Assembly (NCBI RefSeq): GCF_001194135.2
Contig: NC_068998.1
Span: 47,712,032 to 47,775,655 of the forward strand
Length of the DNA stretch: 63,624 nt
Direction of reading: 5' to 3'
Source of the DNA: Octopus bimaculoides
Taxonomy: Eukaryota
Below the pieces are notes generated by a model that saw nothing but the letters and a program-made list of their open reading frames with translations, did not search any database and had not been told where the DNA came from. Each line of letters begins with the position of its first letter. Within the stretch, counting starts at the first letter, position 1. Positions 40,154 to 51,400 of the stretch are shown piece by piece. The position numbers and the translations under genes were made by a program.

Positions 40154-41316
40154 TATATATATTCAATTAGAAGTTACGTTAGCCTCATGAAGGGTAATTA
40201 GGGTTCAATGTCTAATATTTTAGGGTAATTGATTTTCTTAAAATAATAGGTGTATATATAAAGCCATATAGTTTATATTCATATAAAAGAAAAAAAAAAA
40301 AAAAAAAAAAAAGAAAATGGAGACTGAATTTAATAATTGTTTATTATTAACAACAAATCAATCATCATCCCTTACAGCTGTTTTAATTAATACTCGGTGA
40401 ATTAATTAAATATTAAATTCATATGCCCTGAACATAATACCTTCAGTCGGTAAAAAATATACCCTTGGATGTTTTATATATGTGTGTTTATGGAATCTTT
40501 ATAGCAGACTGGATGATACTGTTTATGATTTGTATTTTTATGTGTTCAGGCGAGGGTTTTGCAGGTTGGTTGGCGATAAGATAGAGCAGGTAAATAGAAT
40601 TAGAGTGGATTTGGTAGACGGAAACTGAAAGAAAGCTGTCATATATATATATATATATATATACATACAGACATGCTAGCAATGCATCCCGGCATTGCCC
40701 GGCTGTTATGACCTACAACCATATTGTATTATTTGTTCCTTTCTTATGGGCAGAATCAGCACAGCTGATATACAGTAAACTGGATTACTGGTGCAATGGA
40801 AGTTACTGCTTGTTTAAAAGTGAAGTGGGGGAGGGTACAATTTGAATGGGTTTGCATGAAAGTGCTTTCTGTTCTTAAGAAGCATCACAAACTATGTATT
40901 GGTTCATTGTATAAAAGAGGGTTAATACAATTTTGCCCCAAAATCACGTTTTCAAAATTTAGTTTCCCCACCGCAATTTCTTAAATTGTAACTTCTTTAC
41001 GAATTGGTTTTTTTTCTATCCTTGTAGTAAAATACAGAGATTACAAACCTGGGGAATATTATAATGAAGAGTGTTCTACATTAGTATATTCGTTTTTTTT
41101 TTAATATGCAGTATATCTAGGAATACATTATCAAATGTTGCTATTGTAAGATAGTGATATGAAGGAAATTTGATTGCCATTTCTAGCATGTGAAATTGCT
41201 ATGCAGAAACTCCCATATTATGTCACAATGATGCTTGAATAATTTCTTCAACTGAATTTTTTAATTTTGAAGACACTGAGGACTTCTGAGCAGAAAAAAA
41301 AAAAAAAAAAAAAAAA

Positions 41317-41536
41317 GGCAGTGAGCTGGCAGAAACGTTAGCACGCTGGGCGAAATGCTTAGAGGTATTTCATCTGCCGTTATGTTCTGAGTTCAAATTC
41401 CGCTGAAGTCGACTTTGCCTTTCATCCTTTCGGGGGTCAATAAATTAAGTACCAGTTACACACTGGGGTCAATGTAATCGACTTAATCCCTTTGTCTGTC
41501 CTTGTTTGTCCCCTTGTGGGCAATAAAGAAATAAGA
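41317..41536 (+). mobile_element. tRNA-derived SINE family B (Meta-like central domain)
   Basis: A/B-box-like head, gtcgactttgcctttcatcctttcgggg core, aataaagaaataag tail. Copies at ~20165-20315 (-), 21311-21538 (-), 33620-33790 (-), 34820-34950 (-), 51315-51515, 62623-62848 and 62872-63020. Confidence 0.8.
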
Positions 41537-44353
41537 AACTCCCTTATTATGTCTTTGATGTTTGCTTATGTAACAACTGCTGTCCCAGATAAGCAGTGTT
41601 GTAATGTGGTCTATGTTTGTATATTTAATAACAGCACTGTCCCAGATATGTAAGCACCACTACTGAACATATTCAGATGTTGCCACAGCTATCATTAGTA
41701 CAGATGAAGTGACTATATGTCTCCTGCACCTGTTGCCAAAGCCTATATGGTTAGTGATATTACTGAATCTATTTAATATTGTGTCTACGTCCTGAGTGGA
41801 AGACAAGTGTGAGAGGAGCAGTACGTATCTGGTGAAGGTGACACAAGAGTGCTAATTGTATTACAAGAGATACCCTGTAGTCAGTTTGGCAGAATGGAGT
41901 AACCAGAATTAAGTACCTTGAACAGGGTCACATGATGACACAAAAGATAAAACATCTGAATTTCTAATTTCTACACAGTACATTACAGTGCCAACCCTTT
42001 AGCATTTAAACCAGCTGGATCTGGTCTCTTGAACCGACCCTACAATGTCGTTCTAAAAATATTCACATCATTGAAATCTTGAAACTATGAAATTGTAGCG
42101 AGACTAATTTCTAGTATTGTATATTGAAATCGCTAGACTTATACTGGCTTATCAAGTTAATCTGTAGTGATTGATTAACATACTTGTGTTTAGACATTTG
42201 TTGAATCCTGGGTTGTGATTGGTCGAGTGTTGCTTGGAAATTGGATCAAAGGTCCAATCACTTTGCACGTAATATATTAAAAAAAACTAATCCTCTATGT
42301 GTTCTGGAGCTGCCTTTTTTTCCCCAAAAGTTGGTGCGACAAATTATTTATGAGTCAGAGTTTTTTTTATCAAGGTGGGTTATGCAGTTCTTGCCATTTC
42401 TGAGGAAAATTAATATATAACAGAACCCAATGACGACCCAAACTGAATTATCAAAATGAAAGATGAACCACCACCACAATTTGTGATGCTTCTTGCTTTG
42501 ATCCACTGTACCACTTTAGAAAGAAATAAAGTCTGACTTATTTTGAAGTTGGTTTCTTTTGTTACTTCTACAAATGAACATGCAATATATATTATACAAT
42601 GGTATACATGATTCTTGAGTAAAACCAATGTAAAAAAGATAATTTTAATTAAAAACAATGCAAATAAGCATTACATTTGACGGAGTAATCTGAATGCTAA
42701 AGGATTAAACAAATGGTGACCGTCATCTTCATCATTTAATGTCCATTTTCCATGCTGGCACGGGCTGGATGCTTTTACAGGCGCTACACCATGTTGCTAT
42801 AGTTTGTTCTAGCATGATGGTTATAGTAGAAGACTGAACCCGGAACCATGTAGCTGCAAAGCAAGCTTCTCACCACACAGCCACACCTGTGTCTCTATAA
42901 TATATATATATGCAAATATTTTATAAACGATCAACATATGACTAATGAAAATAGTCTAATACTGGGACATGAAGCCCGTCGTATATATGTTTGTCCCCCC
43001 CAACATCGCTTGAAAACCGATGCTGGTGTGTTTACATCCCCGTAACTTAGCGGTTCAGCAACACTGACAGAATAAGTACTAACTGTTCTACTCCTTCTGG
43101 GGTTGTTTTGTTCAACTAAAGGCAGTGCTCCAGCATGGCCACAGCTAAATGACTGAAACAAGCAAAATATATTGCATTTGTTTCAGATAATTTTGGAAAT
43201 AAAGAAGAATTTAGCAAAATAACTTTTTGAAGAAGGTTGGTATTAAATGGGTTAAAAAATATTAGAATGCAAAAAAAAACAAAAAACAACCCATTTCAAG
43301 TACAGAACATTTATTATGTATTTGTAGAACCAGTAATATTTCAAGTGATCTAAATTAAAACTTCATGCTAATTTATATTTTAAACAAGAGTTTAATAATG
43401 ACAGTTATTTTACGAAGTTAAATGAATGAAAAAAAAAGTATATTCCAAGAGAAACGTGGTAACAGAATGGTGAAATTATTTTTTGTACATTTCATATAAA
43501 GGGACGTAACTCTCCACAGATTTGCAAAAACAAAAAACAAACTTTTGTAGACTTCATCCGCTAAATGTTACTAATATCCTTAAATTAGATACAAGTTGTC
43601 TCACAATGGAACCAAACTCAGGATCATGTGACTGAGAAGGAAATGTTTATATATACATAAAAATCACATTCTGATCGAATTTTTGCGTCAACATGCACCT
43701 CCTTGCGACAATGTAGCCTTTAATCTAATCAAGATATACTTGGCCGGATGAGTAGCCAGCAATATACACTTCACTTGGATTTCCCATACTCCATTCCGTA
43801 ACTCTTGCATTCCTCTTCGCACACTCAGCAACCCTGGTTACCTACCGAGGAATATTTTTTCAGCTCATCATTGTTCGAAAAATGAAAAGAAACATCTACA
43901 ACCTTCCGACTCAATAAACCACTATTAAACATCTACAACCTTCTGGCTCAATAAACCACTATTGTTCCTGGAAGTTTGGAGCCTGGTGCAGCTCTCTGGC
44001 TGGCCAAACAAGGCCAGCATAGAGGACAGACATTAAATGATGATATACACACACACACACTCAGAGAGGGCTTCCTTCAGTTTTCATTTACAAAGTAACA
44101 AATAGTGGCGCAGAGGAACATACGCCAATGATTTCACTAATTTGGGAAGAATAGCAAAGTTGACGTCAGAAATAACCGGAACCAGTAACAATAAGTACGA
44201 AAATAAACACGAAGCCAGAAATTTAGGAGGAAGGAATGGTCGCATTAGAAAACCCAGTTGTAGAACCTTAGTCAAGCCTAGAAAGATGAAAGGTGAAATC
44301 AACTCCCCTCAGCAGGAATGGAACTCAGAACATAAAAAGACCAAAATGAGAAG

Positions 44354-44394
<41 letters not shown>

Positions 44395-44641
44395 TTTTTT
44401 CTTTTTTGGAAGAAATAATGATTGAATATAATAAAATTTAAACCTTTATTTTTTTTCTTCTCTTTTTTTGTTATCCAATAACCAAAGTATTGGAAATACA
44501 CATTAAAAAATAACATAATTTAAAATGGTCCGCTACAGATGCTACCAACTAGCGGCATCCGTCTTTGATAACACAGACATACAAACACACACATACACTC
44601 GTGCAAATCAACTCGTTCACTCAGTCATCCTCATCTTTCAC

Positions 44642-45418
44642 TTATGAAGATTTCTTCTTTTTACTTTTCTTTTTTGACAGAGTTTCTGTATTTTCTGTAA
44701 AATCCACATCATCAGTTTTTTTCTTCTCCTTCAACAGAGTCGTTGATTTCCCATCTTCCTCTTCAGCATCCAACTTCTTTTTCTTCTTCTTCTTTGATGG
44801 AGTCTGCGTATTTACAACTTCCACCTCTGCTTCATCTTCTTCATCGTCATCACCAGATTTCTTCTTCTTCTTTTTCAACAAAGGAGTTTCTATATTTACA
44901 ACCTCTGCTTCCTCTTCCTCTTCAACCTTCTTTTTCTTCTTCTTCGACAAAGATGGAACTTCTATATTTACAACCTCTGCTACCTCCTCCTCCTCTTTCT
45001 TTTTCTTTTTCTTCTTCTTTGATGGACTTTCTGTATTTACAATTACTACCTCTTCTTCCTCCTCCTCCTCATCACCAGATTTCTTTTTCTTTTTCTTCTT
45101 TTTCTTTGACAAAGATGGAGTCTCCACATCATCACCGCCACCATTAACCGTTTCCATCTCCTCCACCACACTTTCATCATGCTTCTTTTTCTTCTTCTTC
45201 TTGCTCTTCTCTGTCACATCAGCCTCCTCTTCATCATCTGCCAACTTCCTCTTTTTCTTTGAAGAAATCAACTTATCACCGCTGCCGCCCTCATCATCAG
45301 GAACGCCCACCACAGTGTCACCATTGACCATAGCATTGTCCGGCAGTTCTACAATCGACAGAGACTTTTTCTTCTTTTTCCTTTCCTTCTTCTGGTGCTT
45401 GATATAAAGATTGGCAAC
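44642..45418 (-). CDS. NOP56: NOP56 terminal exon, Lys/Glu block-repeat tail
   Basis: Strong acceptor (tttctcaattttcag|GTTGCC), phase 0, 777 nt to TAA. In frame with track ORF 44642-45331. AATAAA on the minus strand at 44445-44450. Confidence 0.9.
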   Translation of the reverse strand, partial: VANLYIKHQKKERKKKKKSLSIVELPDNAMVNGDTVVGVPDDEGGSGDKLISSKKKRKLADDEEEADVTEKSKKKKKKKHDESVVEEMETVNGGGDDVETPSLSKKKKKKKKKSGDEEEEEEEVVIVNTESPSKKKKKKKKEEEEVAEVVNIEVPSLSKKKKKKVEEEEEAEVVNIETPLLKKKKKKSGDDDEEDEAEVEVVNTQTPSKKKKKKKLDAEEEDGKSTTLLKEKKKTDDVDFTENTETLSKKKSKKKKSS

Positions 45419-48400
45419 CTGAAAATTGAGAAAGAAAAACTAATTAGACTTGACAGCAGTAATTAGATATAACTTATTAACAATAAAAAAAAGCAATCAG
45501 TGAAATGGATAAGACCAGGTTTAATGTTCTTTAACACGTTGTTGTTGGCACTCTGTTGTTTACGACGTCGAGGGTTCCAGTTGATCCGATCAACGGAACA
45601 GCCTGCTCGTGAAATTGGCTGAGCACTCCACAGATACGTGCACCCTTAACGTAGTTCTCGGGGATATTCAGCGTGACAAGGCTGACCCTTTGAATTACAA
45701 GCATAACAGAAACAGGAAGAGTGAGAGAAAGTTGTGGTGAAAGAGTACAGCAGGGTTCGCCACCATCCCCTGCAAGGAATCGAAACCGCAATCCTATGAC
45801 CAAGAGTCTACTGCCCTAACCACTGGGCCATTGCACCTCCACTCTTTAATACCAAATATACAGTAATTAAACATGTAATAATTTGTTCTAATTTTGGCAC
45901 TAGACTAGCAATTTTTCGAGGGGAAGGGGAAGTTAAATTCCATAGACACCATTGTTCCATTGATGTTTATTCCATCAACAGTGGAAAGATTAAAGGCAAA
46001 AACAATCCTGGCAGATTTGTATCCAGAACATAAAGCCGATCGAAATGCCGCTAGGTATATTGTCTGAAATATTAACAATTCTGCCAAATTGCTGCCTTGA
46101 GATACAATGTAATAATCAAGCAGTAATTAGGTGTGATGTAACAATTAGACAAACTGGCATTAGTAAAGTCATCCAGCCGCAGAAACCACACCAAGCAGAC
46201 ACTGCAGTTTGATGTGGTTGTCTGGCATATCAATACTAGTAGAACCGTCCAACCCATACTGACATGGAAAATTGATGTTAAATGGTGATGTTAAAATCTC
46301 AGTGAATTACTTCGCAAAAATATGACCATAGAATAGGGGGAAGTTGGAGCAACAGGACGCTGTATGATAAGACATGAAAGAATAGGGAAGGATTTTGCAT
46401 CACTTTTCCTCAGACCCAAAGCGACCACACACTGGCCATCTTTGGTCCCTGGGGTTGACTAACATATGCCAAGTTGCTGTAGCAGCAGACTCCAGCATTC
46501 TGTGCGCAAGGATGGTTTCATCATTGGAAAAGTGAGCAAAACCTAAAAGAGCACATTATACAGACATCATGTACCAATATATTTAGCCATCAACTTATTG
46601 CATCCAAAGGCTCTTTTTTTAAACGCCATATTCACACACTATCATTTATAGCTTTATCTGCCTGAGTTTCATAATTAAAAATTAATTAAGTAAATACTAA
46701 CCTCAGCCAGGGCCAGTCTCATGATATCAATGTTCTTCCTTGGCGTGGAACCTGTTTCATAATACAAAAGCCTGTCTTCTACTTGCTGCCGGAGATGTAC
46801 ACCAATCACAGAATTTGGGAAATCTGGAAAATAACAAACATCATATTTTCAATACTAACAATGAACATGTACACCAATAACAATAAACAACCATGAACAA
46901 TAGGAGGATGTACTGTTATAGCCAGTTAATGAAACAAACTGACAGCATAATAGTATACACAATTAATATAAACCCATGTGAACATACACAACAGGATTTG
47001 ATAGATGACAAAAGCAGGGGCTGCAGCAGGTTCTCTGGTCTGGTTTACACAACTGGATGCCCTTCTTAATGCCAACCACAGAAACCATACATAATAAGGG
47101 TGTTTAGCAGTTGACTCTTTTAATTTAAGTAAAGGAATTCACAAAGGTATGAGTGAATAGGCACAGATTCTGTAAAAACAATAGATGAAAATCACATCAC
47201 CACAGATGATCAGACAAATTTATTGCTGCAACCCATTAGCACTTACACTGGCTATTATGTGGCCCAAATTGGCCAGATCCAGCATCTCATACCTACCCAA
47301 CAATGCTCTTCTAAAAACAACCACATCAAAATGTTGAAGTTATATAACATAATACGTGATTAATTCAAAACAATGTTAGGAAGGTCATTCAGCCGTAAAA
47401 ACTGCCAAAAACAGACACAGAAGTCTGGTGCAATCTTCTACCTGGCCAGTTCCTGTCGAACTGTCCAACCCATACCAGCATGGAAGACTTATGTTTGACT
47501 GAGGAATCCGAATTCTAAAAGGCTAAACCAACAGAAAAATTGCCAAAGCCAGCATCATCTCTGGTAGACTTCTTAAGACTCTTTGGGCAAAGAAGGGTCT
47601 TAGCCCTGAAACCCCGTTGAAGGTCTACAGAATTTCTTTATCATTTACTAATTAGTTGTATGCTCTAGAAAGACCCAAAAACAAGTCAACCCCCGACGCC
47701 ATCTTACTACACAGCCCTATCATTTACACTTCTAGCAATGCACCACCACCACTACTCACCTGCAAAACAATCAACCCTGGTGGCCAGAGAACATTTGTTG
47801 GCCAAAAACCGAGATATCCTGCCCTTGTTTTGGGCGCCAGCTCGCCCAATGAATGTGGAGTGAAATATTAGACCATATTTCGGTGTGTTCCCTCGCATCT
47901 TCAAGGCTCTAAAAATAGAAAATACATAGAAAGTTCAACCAAAGGAGTCATAGCAGAGCAAATGTTGTGTCTTTCTTTTACAGAAATTCTACATTTTCAA
48001 AACTGTTGCACAATATGGCACTGGATGGGGGAAGGGGGTATTGCTATGATAATTGCCTTCACATCTCCTTGGGTGGCTCCCTGCTCAAACATACAACAGC
48101 AAGTGGAATTCACAGCTGACTGATATACACAAATGCGTAAACAACAAATGGATGTATTAGGTTAACTGGCACTCTGTTGATTACAAGGGTTCCAGTTCAT
48201 TTGATCAACGGAACAGCCTGCTCATGAAATGAACATGCATGTGGCTGAGTGCTCCACACAAACACGTGTACCCTCCAGCATGACACAGAATGTGATGAGG
48301 TTGACCCTTTGAAATACAGGTAAAACTCGTTTTTGCCAGCTGAGTGAAGTGGAGCAATGTGAGAGGAAGTATCTTGCTCAAGGACACAATGTGCCATTGG

Positions 48401-51400
48401 TAATCGAGTATACGTATGTTACTTAAAGTTTTACAGGAGGTGACAGTGACTTCGAAGTTCCTGCTTGCTAGCCTTCAACAGACTGTCAGGAATACACCCA
48501 CACACAATGGGCTTCTTTCAGTTTCCATGTACCTAATCATCGACAAGGCTTCGATCAACCTGAGGCCATAGTAGAAAAAAACTGTTTCAAAGTGCCACAT
48601 AGCAGGATTGAACCAGAAACCAGGCAACTGAGAGGCAAACTCCTTACCACACAGCCATGTCCATGCAAATAGAAAGCGAAGATCTCAGGTTCACAACACT
48701 TGGAAAAACTTAAAAAAGCCCCAACAGTCCAGACTAAATATAAAAAGCTCCAAACAGAATGAACAAATTATTCCACACAACAGCACCAACTCTGTGACTG
48801 GTCATTGTATATGTCTTACCTGAAGAGTGCCTTCTCAGCTCCAAGAATCTGTAAAGTTGAAGCCGGACATTTGGCAAGATTTGTCAAACTTCCAGCATGA
48901 GAAATAAGTCGAGCACCAACCTGTCCGAAAGAAACCATTCGAAAATCAAACATTTTTATTCACAGACAAAATTAAGAACACAGCAAATGGTAGGCACCAA
49001 CTCTTGTTTGGTATACTGCCTGCCTGCCAATGCGAAACGTTGATAAAGTAGGGACCTTATTAAATACCCACCACCCATTCTGAGCCAACTTGGTTTAACC
49101 AAAGCCATTTCTTTAAACCCCGCATCACCAATTCAGACCTTTCTTTTAAATAGAAAACCTATCTATTCATACAGTTTTGAATTAACCATGCATTATCTCG
49201 TAGTTTTCAATCTTTTGATAATGCGATTGTGTTCATTTCAGAATGACATTGTAGGCAAAGTGTGAGAGACTGGATCTGGCTGGTTTAAATATTAAAGGGC
49301 TTATGTGACACCAAGTTTGGCATCAGGAAGGGCATCCACGCCAAATCAGATTGGAACCTGATGCAGCTCTTCAGTTTATCAGTCCCAGCCAAAGCTTACC
49401 CAAGTGTCACATGGCAGGACTGAACCCGAAACCATATGGTTGGGAAGCAAACCCGTTTTTAGTAACACAGCCATGCCTTTGCCTATATTCTTTTATAAAA
49501 GATCTATAATAAGACTTAACTGTCAAAGCCCACCCACATTCTGTATATGCCATTTACTATGCACCGACACATCATATTTGACAGACATTACAGAAACCCC
49601 ATTCCTGTGATAATTTTGATGAAGAGAGAAAGATTGAAATAGTTTACCGTTTCTCCGATTAATGCTGTGAGATTTGGTGCAACTTGAGACATTTTCTTTT
49701 GCAGATAATCCACAAGATTAGCTCGATAGTCAATGAGGTCGACCACACGTCTAGCAAACATCTCAATATTTAGTAAGTCTATCAGTGATATATCCATACC
49801 TGAAATAGAGATTAGATTCAAATATTAAATATAAATAGGCAATGGCATAACTGGGGTTGATTTGTTTGATTAAAAACCCTCCAGGGCAGTGCTCCGGCAT
49901 GGACGCAGCCAAATGACTGAAACAAATAAAAGAATAGCAGCAAGCACAGATATATATATATATATACACATACACACCCATATACATATATCTATATATT
50001 TACACACCCATATACATATATCTATATATTTACACACCCATATACATATATCTATCTATATATATATATATCTATATCGAGAGAGAGAGAGAGAAAAGAA
50101 GAAATCTTAAAACGTCTGCGGCCCAAATAAGTCAGCATCACTTCAGTGATGCCAAAATAGATGCACTCTAAGCAAACCATCTATTGAAATAATTAATTAA
50201 TTCACAAAATGAAAAAATTGAAAGAAAACGGTCGGAACCGAATCTCACCCATTGAAGACTTTGATGCTTTATAAACAGCCTGAGCTTTACTTCTGTCGCT
50301 AAGAATCTCTTCCATCACATCTATAGTTTCTTCTGTAATCGTTTTCCGTGACTTGATGACTTTCACTAGTTTTGCGTACAGTGCTTGTTCTGGGACAATT
50401 TTGTAAAGTTCTGGAAAATGGTAGGAATACCACTCTCTGGAGCACAACAAACAATTATATAAACATACGCACATATATACATCATCTTATCAAATCATAA
50501 AAAAACAAGCAACAACTACAACAATATCAAATGTATGTGTCCGTGGTTTCAAAAATTACTCCTGTCAAACTGTCCAACCCATGCCAGCATGGAAAAATAG
50601 ATGTTAAGAGATGGACTTTTCTCAATGCAAAGGTTTTACTTGGTAATGACCCAAACGTGATTTCATTCATTGTTTTTACACAGCAATTAACAATAAATCT
50701 GACTAATGACTATTTTTTGTATATATCCTCATAAAACTACAGAAAACTGTGGGTATTATACTCGCCCCTACCCTAAAGATTATAGTAACAGTATACAAAC
50801 ATGGAGTATGTTTATGCATGTCAGCAAACATTAAATGTACCTGGGTATAGAATTCCAGGTACAAGTAGAAGAATATGTATAGCTGTTTATGTACCAAGTT
50901 TAATTCTGCCACCACAATTAGAAATATGGTTGCAGACTCAAAGACTTGGAAATAATCAAACAATTAACTGAATTCAATTAAAACAAGGACGAACAGACCA
51001 TATATATATATCTTAACCCTTTAGTTACTCTGTCAAATGTTATGCTTATTTATTTAATTTGAATTAATCATGCATTATCTCATAGCTTCGAGATTTTGTT
51101 GGTGCAATTTGTTTATTTTCAGAATGACATTGCAAGGTATGTGAGAGAGATCAGATCTGATGGGCTGGATATGGCCAGTTTAACCCTACCAAAATATTCT
51201 ACCTGTTTTAAGTTTAAACCAGCCAGATCTGGGCTCTCCTACCTTCCTGACAATATTATTCTAAAAATAAAGTCACATCATCAAAATCTCTCATTTCATT
51301 GGACAGAATAATCGGCAAGCTGTCAGAATTGTTAGCACGCCGGGCAAAATGCTTAGCAGTATTTTGTCTGCCGTTACGTTCTGAGTTCAAATTCCACCAA

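Noticed and set aside
44565-45407. 280-aa plus-strand F/S-rich ORF
   Set aside because: Antisense shadow of the NOP56 K/E repeat exon.
47500-47570. GATGATG...GGCAATTTTTC resembling SNORD56 at the homologous intron
   Set aside because: Complementarity to 18S breaks after 7 nt and there is no downstream CTGA.
48660-48819. Possible snoRD86 orthologue at the intron equivalent to human intron 8
   Set aside because: No box C and no terminal stem found.
50740-50950. Hairpins ending in ACA in NOP56 intron 4
   Set aside because: The ACA is inside the stem and no pseudouridylation pocket forms.
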